Origin: Psilocybe cubensis
Lineage: Eukaryota
DNA length: 64,000 nt
Assembly (NCBI GenBank): GCA_017499595.2
Contig: CM039010.1
Coordinates: 310,001-374,000, forward strand
Direction of reading: 5' to 3'
Numbering within the stretch: the stretch's first letter is position 1; every line of letters begins with the position of its first letter. The notes under the pieces are model-generated. The model was not told the DNA's origin and did not search any database. It was given only the letters and a program-made list of their open reading frames with translations. Positions 13,514-27,950 of the stretch are shown here, one piece after another. Both the position numbers and the translations under genes were made by a program.

Positions 13514-16500
13514 ATGTCAGCTAGTACAATGGCTCCTGCAAACTATGAGACTCTACAGTCAACCCAAAAGCCAATGAGATCGCGGTTGAGAGGTGCATGC
13601 GAAGAATGTAGGGCGAAGAAAAGTAAGTCCACCTTTTTTGTCATCCGAATGGGCGTGGTCTCATTAACCTTTATCGTTTTACAGCTCGTTGTAAGTAGCT
13701 TAAATAGCTGGTATCGGAGGGATGTGAGAGCTTGAACAAACCTGGTGTAATTAGGCGATAGCGCCAAACGTCCAGGGAGAAGATGTACGGGTTGCGAATT
13801 ATCCAATACACCTTGCATTCCAACCATCCCAAAGGTGCTTCATGCAATCTTGCGTTGAAAACTTACACGTTCTTGGAACTGAACTATAGCCTATAGAAAG
13901 CGCAGATGCAGCAATCGTACGAGTCTTCTTTATAGCATTCCTGTCTTCGTGTTCACACTACTACCCGTCGCAGCTATATCACCATTTTAGAGGCAAGGAT
14001 TCGCAGGCTAGAGGGATACATTCAAGCAGTAAATCTGACCAACGCTATTTATGTTCTTTATTGGCTTATAAATTGTTGAACAGCTTCACCCTGGAGTGGA
14101 CGTCGATATCATTATCAGCAAGCCACCACAACCATTCAGCGGCTCCTCGTCCAACTCTTTGAATCAGTCACCGTATCCGGACATCGTTCAAGAACCATCA
14201 CTCCGACCAGCATCAGAAGATGATCCAGATGACTCAGATTCCGAAATTCGTTCGGTTGGAGATCAAATACGACAACTTTCTATGACCCCATTACCACATA
14301 GTCGTTTTTATTACGGACAAGCCAGGTGAGCCAGCATTTTATACTAAACATCCATATAGTAAACATTTATATAGCCCCTTTATGGTTGGAAAACGAGTAT
14401 CAGCAATCAGGAGTAAGATTACAGGCGAAGAGGACACTGGACTGGATCCCAAGTCAAACAAACGAGCTGTGTACTGGGCATTAAACCCTGTATGTATTTC
14501 TTGCCACCTGAACGGGCCTACGCTTATCGCCCATATCTAGTGGGAGATGGAGTATATATCCGATCCTGAAGTTAGCTACGTCTATCCAGAACACGATCTT
14601 CTTCTCAGCCTGGTGTCTTTGTATTTCGAAAAGACAAACCCTTTTTTCCCGGTTCTCCACCGTCCAACTTTCCTGCGCTCGTTGGCATCTGGACAACATC
14701 TCTATGACCCGTCTTTTGGGATGACAGTGCTTCTAGTTTGTGCTATTGGTTCTCGATATTCTAGTGACCCTCGCGTGATCAGCGTACCAGACGCTCCTCT
14801 CCCTGCTCTTTCGGCGGGTTGGCATTACTATTGCCAGGTTCCAATCCACCGTAAAATGACTCTATTCAAGTCAAGCGTCTATGATTTGCAATACTATTGC
14901 GTACGTATGTTATTGATCACTGGCACACCGTGTAGTCCCTTGTGAGTTGACGTTTATACCCCAGCTTGCAGCCCTTTACCTCCCAGGTACATCTCTAGGC
15001 TACGCTGTTCCTAACATGGTCGCCATAGGCCTTAGATACGCAGTTGAGGTTGGTGCGCACTGTCGTAGATCCCCGGCTGGGTCACTCCCATCTACTGAGC
15101 ACGAGTTACAAAAGCGGGCTTTCTGGTACGTATGTCAATGAAGTATTCTCGTTGCCTTATGTAAAAACTGGCGTATACTCTCTTCTAGGGCCCTTTTTTG
15201 TCTGGATCAATTAGCGAATTCATTTCTCGGTAGACCATGTGCTATATCGTATGATTCGTGCGTATAAGAACATTTAATATACTGTTTTCATGGCATAACA
15301 AAACGACAGAATCGACTTGGATTATCCAATTGAATGCGACGACGAGTATTGGGATTGCGAAGATTCATCCCTTACATTCCTACAGCCTGATGGAAAACCA
15401 TGCGCCATGACATACTTTGTCCAATTCATCCAGTTGTGCCAGATCCTTGCATCAGCCTATTCGACGCTATACGGAGGCAGGGGCACTAAAGCCCCGTCAG
15501 GTACAAGTAAGAATGAATGGGAGATATCGATGGTCGCAGAACTTGACTCGTCGATGAACAAGTGGAAAGATTCGCTCCCTGAATATCGTAATCTTTCGAA
15601 ATCTATTCAAGTTACAGGCAGTCTCTGACCGATTTCGCAGTGCAATGGGATCCTGCAAGAGAAGATGAAATTCTCTTCCATCAGTCGGCAACCCTTCACG
15701 CCACCTTTTGCTACATCCAAATACATATACATCGTCCATTTTTGACCCGAAAGTCGACATCATCATTCGTCTCCCTCGCTATGTGCTCCACAGCGGCTAA
15801 GACGTGCGCTCGCATCCAGGAATCTGCGATGAAAAGAAATCTGATTGTGCTTCCATGCACACTTGTACGCCATTTTTTATTTGTGAAACGATTATGCAAT
15901 CTAAATGTTACCGTTGGTCGATAGTCTACTACGTTCACGTCAGCGATAATTATCGTACTGTGCTTATGGGGAAGTCAAGACTCTGGATATATAGGTGATT
16001 ACACCAAAGAGATGGAGCATCTGCAAAGATGTCTGAAAATTCTCCGAGCTATAGAGCAAAGGTATGTAACTTTTTTAGTCTCCCACAAAGTTACCTGCAT
16101 GAACTCCTGATGTATTTAGGTGGCACAGTGCTGGAGCACTAGGGTAAGGTTTTTGCAATCTACCTTTGCATGTTTGAACCCTTATTTGATACACACCAGG
16201 GACATGCTCAGCGAAGCTGGATCGATGCATTGTCACCCTTCAATCAAAGAAAAGATAAACCTTTCATCTCTCAGCAACGATGACCGTGATCAAACGGCAT
16301 TATCTTCTACCCACTCTGCTCACTCCAATTCTTCCACCATAGCGGCGAACAGATGGGAAAATCAACTTTATTCTGACACTGCCTTGGGTGCAGGCTTGGA
16401 AGCATGGAACTATCCAGAAGCTACTTCACAAGTTACGTCTGTGTCTGGCGAGAGTACATTGGAATCACTCACTAGAGATAGCACATTAACGTATTGGTCC

Positions 16501-16632
16501 GACGTCCCAACGGCATATAACTAGTGAGCATTTTATTTCACTCTACGTTATTCCAGCCATTGAGTTACCTGTACCTCTGACAGTATGGACCAATGGGATG
16601 CGTACTTCAATAATATGAATGGACAGCAGTGA
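13514..16632 (+). CDS. Zn(II)2Cys6 transcription factor, paralog 2
   Basis: CEECRAKKTRCDSAKRPGRRCTGCELSNTPC; PVLHRPTF; GLRYAVEVGAH; KRAFW; YPIECDDEYW. Confidence 0.9.
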
Positions 16633-16906
16633 TAAATAAGTGATAGAATTAGTTTCTAGTTTAGGGTGAAATATTAAAGAACGTTGAGTACTTGAGTTCT
16701 GAGTGCTGACTCAGTCAAGTCCAATATTAGTCAAATACTCAGGGATCGTATAAGGCGACGAACCTGTCTAATCGTGTGCGATTTGTAGCAGTCGGCTTCG
16801 TTTTGATTGAGGTATTTATAAATCTGGTGATGCGCAGGAGCGTGCACTGAACTCACAACTGCTGTCCCAGGTTTTCCAGCCTTAGCTGCTAGTTGAAGCC
16901 TTCATA

Positions 16907-19128
16907 CCTGGCAGTTGCCAGGTGTATGGGAAGTATCTACGCTGGCAACTGCCAGGTGCCACAATTGAAGTCTTCAGCTGGGCAATGGTCAATACGGCCA
17001 AACAAACCCCAAACACAGTGAGCGGGTCCCCGCCGGGCGCGAAAAATGGCGTAGCTCGTTGTTCGGGCGGCCGTTTGGGGCGGGAAAAATGCGTCGGGGT
17101 CGGTTCGATGAGCAGACCACGTCGGCATTGTTTGCGCGACGTTATGGACAGCGGGCGGGGTGGATGGGGCGGGGCGACGTTGGATGACGCCCGCATTATT
17201 TCTGGGTGATTTCCCGATTCGGGTTGCAGATCATTGATGTGTTGATATGATCAAATTGATCATCACCATCAATCCCATCACGCCGCGGCCATCGATTCAG
17301 CCAGCGCATGCACCGTGCGCGTGGGTGCGCTGAAAGCGCGCACTGCTCGATGTCCCGGCAGTCTTCCAGCGCGGATAAAGCATCGAAGTAACCTGTACAG
17401 GTATGCGACAGAGGTATATGGTAATATAGACCCATAACTACGGAGTTCAGCCAGTCTCCCGTGGGTAATTGCCTTGGATAGGCTTGGGGAAGCAGAGGCA
17501 TATGATACCTTGACTAGCAGAAGCGCTGAGTAGACAACTTATTTATCTCAACCTATAGTCTACTAATGTCACTTAAAGCCTGGATCTTGTGTATGTAGTC
17601 ATGTATACCAAAATTATTGTAAGAAATCTGATGTAAAATGCATTTGCTGCTGCTTCGCAAGTATCAATGATGCAAAAACAAAGGGTCACTGATTACTTTC
17701 CCATTCCGATGAACTCCAGGTCAAATAAAAGGGTATATAAGTAACGAAACAAATATACTGGTCATTCATATTAGAAGTACAAAGATTAAAACAGTGTTAT
17801 ATTTGCTGTTTCACTCAATATCAACACGTACACGGTCTCGGAATCTAGTTTGGTGATCTCGGATTCAATTTTTTTGATGTATTTCTGAAATTCTGGACGC
17901 AGTTCTGAAGATTACGTTAAGAAAAAGGTACCAACATGTAGCTGGTTTAAAACTAAATCAAAATGCATACACTTTATAGTGTGTGTTCTATTTTGCCACA
18001 TGGTGATCTTGGTGGACGAATTTATGGTTTTAGTGGTTTATGAGGTTGGCCTTCCGAGCTTGAAGCACACCTTTTGAGGCATCCATTTTTTTTTCACCGT
18101 ATATTTGGATATAGAATGATTTTACATTATTTTAACAATAATTCTTTTTGCAACTTCAACATGAAGATGTATCCCAATTGAATATTTACTTTTGGAATTG
18201 ACGTAGAAAAAGCGTCCGGAAAGGTGGCTATTTTTAGATATTGACATAAAAAAGTGTTCTCGAGATGCTTTACAGTTGTGCATAAGAATATACATATATA
18301 GCAATATCTGTTTAACTTTCTTAACAACATACAAAGAAATATAGCATCCACAGGAAGGGCACGACAAGTGCCAGTCAATATAGCAGCAGCAACATTCATC
18401 AAAATCCATCACATGAACTGTATTTGACAAGTATTAAGAAATTACTCAGGTATTGATCATCTTATTGCTATGTTTTCTAATCCATAGCCACTCAAAATAT
18501 GTGCGGTGTCCATCAACTATCTAGAAACATGTAAAGATACCAGTGCTGTGTTGCATAATGCATTGTGATCCTTTAGATATCTCATTGGTTTGATTTGGTG
18601 AGCATACGGCGTCGCAGGACGTCACTCTATTAGTAATATTATGTCTCATAACAACACCTCTGCGCGAAAGACTTACAGGACAACGAGCAGTGCGCGTTTT
18701 CAACGCGCGCGCGCGCACGGTGCATGCGCTGGCTGAATCGATGGCCGCGGCGTGATGGGATTGATGGTGATGATCAATTTGATCACATCAACACATCAAT
18801 GATCTGCAACCCGAATCGGGAAATCACCCAGAAATAATGCGGGCGTCATCCAACGTCGCCCCGCCCCATCCACCCCGCCCGCTGTCCATAACGTCGCGCA
18901 AACAATGCCGACGTGGTCTGCTCATCGAACCGACCCCGACGCATTTTTTCCCGCCCCAAACGGCCGCCCGAACAACGAGCTACGCCATTTTTCGCGCCCG
19001 GCGGGGACCCGCTCACTGTGTTTGGGGTTTGTTTGGCCGTATTGACCATTGCCCAGCTGAAGACTTCAATTGTGGCACCTGGCAGTTGCCAGCGTAGATA
19101 CTTCCCATACACCTGGCAACTGCCAGGG
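16907..19128. mobile_element. Non-autonomous element with ~415-bp terminal inverted repeats (foldback-like)
   Basis: 16907-17321 is a near-perfect reverse complement of 18713-19128, which explains the mirrored spurious ORFs. TA lies on both flanks and the AT-rich interior is non-coding. Confidence 0.85.
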
Positions 19129-19364
19129 TACAAAGGCTTCAGGGCGCTACTACAGGTGGGTTTTCCTGTCCAGTGAATGCCACATTCGCTTAGTCCAATT
19201 ATGGTTCATCATGCGGGAAATATTTAGACCCCGTATATTCCTGAGAAATGTCAATTCAACGATCACATGGGAAGGAATTGAAGTTCTGATAAGGCGAGTC
19301 CTTTCTATCGTGCTTTCTCAACCCCCCCGAACACACTTACATACCGTCTACCACACTCGAGCCA

Positions 19365-21680
19365 ATGGCTTCAAAGCACTGGAAGCAACTGATTGCCGAA
19401 AAACGGGAACGACAGGCTGCCACGATTCCTAAAGAATGGATTTTAACTAATCTTCCACCCAAAGAGGCACTCAACGTTATTGACTTTCCCGAGAAGAGTG
19501 GCCTATTGACAGATAAGGAGCTGGAGATAACTTCGGCGCATGTAGAGGTCCTTTTAGAGAAAATATCAACTGGCATATGGTCTTCTGTAGAGGTCACTAC
19601 TGCCTTTTCCAAACGAGCGATTATCGCTCATCAACTCGTACGTTTGTGTGTCCCGCTTGGAGTTGTTGTCGATAAACTGACTGTCTATGTAAGGTTAATT
19701 GTCTGACCGAGATATTTATTGAAAGGGCTTTGGAAAAAGCAGCAAAGTTAGACGAATACCTCAAGAGTACCGGAAAGGTTGTCGGTCCTTTACACGGTAA
19801 GTGGTACATTGATTGTGATTGTAATATCTTTCTGATGGTTGTGGTATCGCAGGGCTTCCGATATCGTTGAAAGATCAAGTCAGTATCAAGGGTATAGAGT
19901 CTACTTTAGGTGCGTTATTATGCCTACGTCGCTGCCTGATTACGGGTCCTGATGGGGATTATTAATTTAAGGCTATGTTTCTTGGATCAACCACTATGCA
20001 GAGAAGAACTCTGTTTTAGCTGATATTCTTGAAGCATGTGGAGCTGTTCTATATGTGAAGACTAACATACCCCAGACTCTGATGGTAATTGGCTATTTTA
20101 TTGTCCCTCATTTTCCATCTCTTAAAACGTTATATCTCAGTGGCCAGAAACCTTCAATTACGTCTTTGGTCGTACACTAAACCCTTTCAATCGCTCTTTG
20201 ACCTCGGGAGGGTCATCTGGCGGTGAAGGCGCTCTCATTGGTGCGCTAACTCCGATATGTACCCCTGGAGAAACTCTTATGTATTTTTACAGCTCTCAAA
20301 GGAAGCCCTTTAGGCAAATTTTGTGACATTTCTTTGATGTATCTTCTCTGATGCTCCTTCAAACATAGGCGTAGGATCCGACATTGGAGGGCAAGTTGTT
20401 CATTGCATCAATTCCTTATTTCTGACATTTCAAAAACTAGTTCTATTCGCATACCCTCCGCTTTCAATGGACTATACGGCCTTCGACCTTCTTATGCACG
20501 TGTACCGTACGCTGGGTGTGTAAATTCCATGGAGGGTCAAGACTCCGTACCGTCAGTTCTGGGTCCTATGTCTACCAGCTTAGAGGGTGTAAAGAGTTTT
20601 ATGAAAGCTGTGGTAGGGCAAACACCTTGGCTTAAGGACCCTTTGGCAGTCAGAAAGCCATGGAGTGAGGAAGAATACCAGCTTAGTGATCACGGAGGCG
20701 ACAAAAAGGCTCTGGTTTTTGCAATCTTATGGCACGATGAACTCGTTCTTCCCCATCCGCCTGTGACCAGAGCTTTGGAACACACCAAGACTGCGTTGAT
20801 TGATGCAGGACATAAAGGTCATTAAACGTTCCCTGTACATGATGATTCTGGTGACTCACTTCTTGGTCTAGTTCTCGATTGGAAACCACTCAAACATTCT
20901 GATATATATAGAACGATTGTAAACGCCTTGTTTGATTTCATTTAAGCGTATGATCTCAGTATTAAAGTAGGGCGGGATCTGGTCTTCCGGCGCAGCTGAA
21001 GATTATCGTGTGGCTACCCAACCTACCGGAGAGCCTGTTGTGGCAAGCATGAAACCAGGCGTCGAAGATCCCGACCATACTGATCCGGAGATTCCTCCCT
21101 TCCGGCCGTTGGCTGATGGTATATCTGCATTCCAACTTTGGCAAATACAAAAGGAACGCAGGGATTTACGACAGGAGTATATGGATCACTGGAATGCGAC
21201 GGTTAGATCTACGGGTAGCGGAAGACCCATTGATGCAATTATTTCCCCATGTGCGGCGTATGCAGCTCCTCCCCATGGCATGAACAAGTAGGTTGATTTT
21301 TGTGTGTCATTCGGCGAATCCTTAACTTTCCGTCATATAGATCTGCAAACTATACTATGGTCTGGAATGCGCTTGATTACACTGCTCTCGTTATTCCTAC
21401 TGGTCTTTCCGTTGACCCAGTCTTGGATGCAAAGAAACCGCCGCACGAGTTCTTCGGCGACCTTGACAAGGCCAACTATGAATTTTGTGAGATTGAACGT
21501 TTGTTAGGCTATGCCATCTAATTCTGATCTCGTTTGCTCTTAGACGATCCGGCTACCTTCAAGGACGCTCCGCTCTGTATACAGGTAGTCGGGAGAACAC
21601 TTGAAGAGGAAGGAGTGATTGCAATGGGCGAAGTCGTTGATGCTGCGTTGAAAGTAAAGTTTATGAACTCAAAGCTATGA
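19365..21680 (+). CDS. Amidase-signature family enzyme (acetamidase/general amidase)
   Basis: GPLHGLPISLKD (catalytic Lys), KTNIPQTL, GGSSGGEGA and GSDIGGSIRIPSAFNG (Ser-cisSer-Lys triad). Confidence 0.92.
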
Positions 21681-21790
21681 GGGAAGGACGTCAACATACA
21701 CCCTGTGTGAAGATAGTATAAGTGCTAACGTCTGCTGAAATCGACTGCGTATTTATGTAACGTAAGATCAAATCCCGTTTACCAAATCGT

Positions 21791-24685
21791 TTAGATATAC
21801 TCATTGTGAGTATCATTATTTTGAAACACTCCAAAACCTGAAGACGGATCCATCTGCGACAGTAGGAGCTTGTAGAAATCCCAGTCATCTATGCGCAGAT
21901 TCGGGTCGGCGACGAACATTGACGAGATATCGTCCCCAGCAGCAAAAGAAGGCATCACATCAGAGCTCTGCCTTTCCATTCCTTCCAAAGATCTACTCAT
22001 TGTGGATTGATGATGTTTCAAAGCACCGGCATCCTTTAATACATCTCTGAGGCGCAAAGGTGAGAGATATCATATACAGTTAATCAAGGATAACTTACAC
22101 AAGCGATCCAGCAACATGCCATCTGCTCCTGTTAATAGGTGCATGGTGAATAGAGAGGCTATATCTTACCTTTTCTCGCATTCGCTCAGAACATTAACGC
22201 ATTTAAGAAGATTTTCCATATCTTTGTGAGGGTCTCCCACGTATCCTGGACGTTGGCTACCCCATAGGAAAAGGACCGTGATAATTGCTGCGGTAAAAGT
22301 GCCGAACTATCACAGAAGTTAGACTGGTATTAAGGTAGATAAAATTGGACTGACAACCGTGTTCGGTAGCACGCGAAGGCCGCGTAACATGGCTGCCTCT
22401 TGAATACTAGCACAGGATCGCGCTGCATACGTACACATAGCGAGTGAAGAGAACGACATTGGTGATTTTTTGGTCATGAATGGGCGGTGCACTTGAATTT
22501 GTACGTAATAGAACGTAGAATGAAGGTTTGCAGACTGGAAGAAGAACAAATCATTCTGACGGCGAGGGTCCCAGACAACTATGAAAAAAGGATTCATTAA
22601 AACCATAGGAGATGATAATAGGAAAGGGACAATACGATGTTCGGGAATGGAATCCTTCCACTGATTCATTGCCGAATCAAGCTCGGCTACGGTTTGTGCC
22701 TCCCAGTCGTGACCAAAAGAGCCAGACTGAATTTTTGACTTCTTGGTGGTGGTATACAAAGCCCTAGATACTTTCCCGAGAATCTCGCATAATTTTATAA
22801 ACTGGATAAAACCAGTTATGGAAGAGGGCTTCTCAGCTGGCTGTCTGAATGCTGCCTGCGGATCTTCAATATCCCAATATTCATCATCACACTCAATAGG
22901 ATACTCTACGTCAAATCTGAGCATGTATTAAAAAAAATTAGCCATTTTGGTGTAATATTGGGGCTCACGCGTCATCCGCAACACAGGACGGGCGCCCGAA
23001 ATACGCGTTGTTTATTTGCTCAAAGCAATATAGGGACCTATTAATTATTTCAGTGGTGAGCATACAAAACAAGTTGCCGATATGTGACGAACCAAAAAGC
23101 ACGTTTCAACAGTTCTTCTTCTGCAGTTGGCCGGTTCCCTCCTCGCCGTCTATGGGTACCCATATCCAATGCATATCGGAGGCCTATTCCAACAATATTA
23201 CAAACCACAGGAGCCATGGAAGTTCCTTGAAGGTATAAAGCCGCTAACTTGCAATCGAGTTAGAGAACGACAAGATTTCAGATTATTGCCTCACAAAGTA
23301 ATATTGAAGATCATAAACAGTTGTCGTAAACAACTGAAGTCTCCTATGCACTGGAACCTGCGTGAAAAAATGCCACCCAGATGACAGCCCAGGCGCTCCG
23401 GCATCCATTTCGCTGAAGACGCGTGGATCGTCGGAATACCTTGATGCAACAGCGCACACCATGAGTACCGTCATTCCAAAGGACGGGTCCCAGTAGTGCT
23501 GTCCAGCCGAAAGTGATTTCATGAAAGTCGGTGCATGGAGGAGTGGAATTAGGCTATTGGTCTTATCAAAATACAGATTGACCAGGTGTATGAGAAGGTC
23601 GTGTTCTGGATATATGTAGGATGCTTCCGATGTATTTACGTATTTTGCTTCCCACTAGAAAGTAGTCAACTATGTGCAGAGATACAGTGTCCAAGGGATA
23701 TACCGGGTTCATAGTCCAAAAAATCAGTCTTCTGTAGCCACCTGGATCCAAGCCGGTATCAGGAACACCGGTTATCTTACTTCTGATTGTTGATGCGTGC
23801 TTCGCAATCATGAATGGACTGTACATCCAGGTTCTCAGTTGATTCGGTTCAGTTTAAATTTCTCCAGTAAGACGTACCTGGCCTGACCAAAAAAACGAGT
23901 TTTTTGTACAGTAGACAAGGAAAGTCTACTTATGTGGGCCGTTAATGCGATATGCGCGAGATCATCGTCGTCTTCAGGGATATCCATATCGTCTTCAGCC
24001 GCTGAGGGACTCGAAGGACCTGAAGATTTCCCTGATGAGTCGGAAAATTTGCTGTCAGGGACTACTGGATTCTTGAATTTGAACGAGCTTTTCCCTAGGC
24101 TTGGTGGTGGTCTTGATAGAATTTGATCCACCTCCTCATCCGGGGAGAGCTGCGAAGCGTTAGAATTGGATTTCTCAGTGATAAATAGAGTCCTTACTGC
24201 CTGAATATAGCTCTCTAGTCTCTTTATTCTTGCTTCCAGTATACGAATATAACTGCAAACTTAATGTGCAGCGTCATTAAAAAAGATTTCATGTACCCTT
24301 ACGCTTGCTGTTTGCGTATCTGGGGTCTCTATATGTATGATTGAGTTCATGACTCGATAGTGACCTTGAATTGTACCACTTACTTGTGGAGGAACAGCAG
24401 AGCATTCAATACCAGCTGTTAGACAAGATGTGCATATCTTGTCTGGCATCTTAGCGCTGTCACCTGGTTAAAATTGTTCATCAGGTCGAGAAAATGAGAC
24501 TAGATAAAACAATCAAAAGGCATGTGTACATTTGCCTGGAGCGATCGCGTCAATGTTGAAAAGATCGTTTACAAGTAGTCCTCACTCTTCTTCCTCCTGC
24601 ACTCCTCGCAAGCACCCGGCAGACGTTTCTTGATAGGTTTGTCTAACTGGGATGCGGAGTCAGACGGAGGCGTAGCGGCCAACAT
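21791..24685 (-). CDS. Zn(II)2Cys6 transcription factor, paralog 3
   Basis: MLAATPPS...CEECRRKKSKCDSAKMPDKICTSCLTAGIEC; DPSFGMTVL; YPIECDDEYW. The 3' end is approximate. Confidence 0.9.
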
Positions 24686-25354
24686 ATTGGTTCTTGGTAG
24701 AGTTGTAGTAACCGGTGACCGCGGTCCGCATGTGGTCTTTCAAGACATTCGAATCCGCTTGGACCACGCATCCTTTCACGGCTAGCTATTTTGCTAATTA
24801 GTGCCGATCTTACAACATACTGGAACCCCAAAGAATGTTCAGTGTGTGTACAGTGTGCCGCAGTGCACGCAGTGCAAACTGCGTTGTCGGCGATATCGAT
24901 AGTATTTCGTAATGATCATACTAAATAAGTACGATATTTTACACGATATTACGCTTTAAGGTGTTTTGGGACGTTACCGGGTTACCGGTTACCCCTCGCC
25001 AATTCGTCCTCCAGTTGAACCTGAGATTGAGCGGTGACAAGCACCGCCACATGCATGTCTGAATATTTCCCTGTTTCACGTCAGTTGAGCGCTTGGGAAA
25101 TCCATCTTCCTGTGTTATTTCCCCCCAGAGAAATCGTTCACGCTTGGAGCCACTCGGTATCAGGGGCATACCGTTATGATGATCTCCGAGGTTATGGAAT
25201 CTGCTGCGCACTTAGCTTCAAGAACAATGGACGTACCAGTATGTAGGGTGTTACAGCCAAAATCAATGATTGAATGGTTTTATGGAAAGGAATTCGCAAA
25301 ATGGGTGGAGAGGGTCTTTGTAGTACACACATAGTGGTATAGGAGAAAATTATT

Positions 25355-26689
25355 CTAGCAATCCCATATCATGATATCCTTGCTCATAATGTCGAAAGAA
25401 AAAACAACTGCCGCCTCGTCAATATCAACGCTCTGTGTTTCCTGACGAAGCAGGTCAGCTTTCCTGGAGCGGAACGCGTCCAACCTCCCGCTCTCTTCGA
25501 GTTGCCCAAGTGACATGGGTACACGTTGTGGGAGGACCCACCTCATCTTGGCCAGACCGACTCTACTCTCCATATAATTTACAGCTATACCATAGACTTG
25601 CAATGGCCGCAGACGTGTCAAGTCGAGAACAGAGACCGGGGACCCTCCACAAAGCTGCTGATTCAAAAACTCCCACAAGTGCTCTAGATCATTCACAGAT
25701 TTAGCGGATAACGGCGTGAGTTTGAGAAATCGAAGAGACGGGAAGATTCTCCCGCCGATATCATCATTAAAGTACTGCAATGTGTCTTCATCTGTCTTGA
25801 GTTGCAGGAGAGATGTGAGTGAGGATGGAAGTGCAGACAGAGAGGTAGAGTACGTCCTTGAGATGTCGAGTTGGATGGATATCTGTTTTATGATTTGTGG
25901 TCCCGATCCGTGGGTAAATGTACCATTAATCAAGAGTCCTGCTGGATGGGTTAGTTGGATGTAGTCGTTCCTGCTGTAAATGGTCAATTCTTCTGGCCGG
26001 TGCATTAGCAGGTACCGCTGCAGGTACTCAGTAGTTTTGAGCTACACCACTTCAATGCGTACTTTATCCTTCTGAGCTACACTGCATGGACGGGTAACTC
26101 ATCTTTTCGCGGAGTCCAAGATCAGATGCAAGATGCACCCATCTCGAGGTACGATACTTGATATAAGCGGAGAGAGTTTTGGTACCTGATCTCACAAAAA
26201 TCCCTAAAGTAATCGCTCGCAAAAATAGTGAACTCCTCGAGAAGTGGTGCAGGGCTAGTAAAGAGATCCCAGCTTTGTTATACCCTGTCCGTATGCTGGA
26301 GAAGAGGTGTCCATATCGCTATACATTACATCACTGTCGACTTGGAGAGACAACCTTTGGATCCTTGACCATGATGTGCGGAAAGTCCTGGGATTTGGCT
26401 TGAGTATCTAAGGAGATGGTCCCGTATACCCAGAGTGGTGCGTTCTGGTTTTTTTCTATCACTGTGATCGCCCATTTGCGATGACAGGCATATATGGAAT
26501 CTAAATGAATCAGTCGTCCCCATAAAATGCTTGAGTTGAGAATTATATTACGCCATTCCCTGCATACTTGCGAAGAGAAGCGCGTAGTGGTTAAAGGTGC
26601 TTTGTTAGACTTAATTCTGTTGATTGCATGAATATCAGCCATAATATGTCTGAGCTTAGACGCTCTATTGGTGGAAATTCGGCGGTCAT
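25355..26689 (-). pseudogene. F-box/LRR-like protein, frameshifted
   Basis: MTAEFPPIERLSSDILWLIF is in one frame, SSQVCREWRNIILNSSILWGRLI in another, and WSRIQRL and PAPLLEEF in further frames, so there are several frameshifts. Confidence 0.7.
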
Positions 26690-26830
26690 GATATGCGAAT
26701 TAATGGGACTGAATCCGATACCACTTTGAAACTTGTTTTAGTGGGCCACCGCGGAGCGTGGCATGACGAGTCTTTACGATTCAGCGTCACGCTTTGTAAT
26801 AATATAATATATATATAATATAATATAAAT

Positions 26831-27805
26831 ATGTCCAACTTTGACGTGGATATCGGTGCAATGGACGAAGTGATATTCAGACTCCAAGGCATAGTTAGCG
26901 ACAAGATGCTACCACCAATGGCAAAGCCTGCTTCGTACATCCACTCCATTGAGGTGAATTAATTACAAATGAGGACTGTTACAGCCGCGACAGAACGGTC
27001 AAGCAACAACCATATTTACGTACCGCCATTGCTATCACGGGACTCGGAGACATTGTGTTCAATAAGGTGATAGAAAAGCTAGAAGAAGTTTTTCTCCATT
27101 TTGCAAACAATTTTCCCGCGGACAGCGTCAGCGGCTATGACCCAGTTCTTCACAAAGACACGGGTTTCAATGTTTTCCATGCGCATAGCCAATATTTCAC
27201 GAAGGTATCCGCATATCAAGACAAATCTGACAACATAGGTTTTCATCCCCTGGTCGACCCTGATAATGTGTTGGCGTCCATGGTAGGGGACAGTTTCATC
27301 CACGCAATCAATAACAAGGTACAGTTTCTTCGTCGGGAGATACTTCCTGATGGAACAGCCAGGTATGTTTAGAAAATACCAACAACACATCACAACCAAA
27401 CTAATATCATGTTGCAACAGATATTATTCTTATAATCCTGCCTCCATACGAATTGGAGACATTGTCGAGATTAGTGTTGCCTTTGTTGCATTTCCTGCCC
27501 AAGGAAACAAGTACAAATTTGTTGTCGCTCTTCGCGGAATACTTGTCTTGGACCAGGAGGCAAGAGAGGTAAGCAATGTTACATTGAACAGTCTCATAGC
27601 CATTCATAACTTCCAACAGAAAGCTGATATTCTCAGAATGCGGTCGCGCTATACTCCAGCGAAAAGACAGGTTGCTGTTTTGTGTAGGACAAAGAGGCAG
27701 CTGTACAAAGGTCAGATTGACATTGAAGACACGCAACAGAGGATGGCACGTATGCGCTTAAATGAGGACACAGTCCACAATAGCAATACTATGTTCCAAG
27801 ATTAA
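26831..27805 (+). CDS. Element-borne hypothetical protein (repeat-associated agaric family, possibly OB-fold-like)
   Basis: Spliced ORF with EVIFRLQGIV..LPP, ITGLG, VDPDNVL and PASIRIGDIVEISVAFV..KFVVALRGILVLD. The fold assignment is an inference. Confidence 0.55.
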
Positions 27806-27950
27806 TACATATGTACATAGAAAGACAAGGATATCATAAATGTGCTGAACGAACAATCAATCCATTTGCGTGAACATTGTAAATAACAAGGAATTATTTG
27901 TCAAGTCATTTTCATGACAGAAATTATCTGAAGGTGTTAGTTGGCACCCC

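Noticed and set aside
16882-19176. Duplicated ORFs (MRASSNVAPP..., MYGKYLRW...)
   Set aside because: They are mirror-image products of the GC-rich TIRs with no recognisable domain.
24972-24995. GTTACCGG repeats upstream of TF paralog 3 as a Zn2Cys6 autoregulatory site
   Set aside because: Too short to distinguish from chance and not obviously shared with the other paralogs' promoters.
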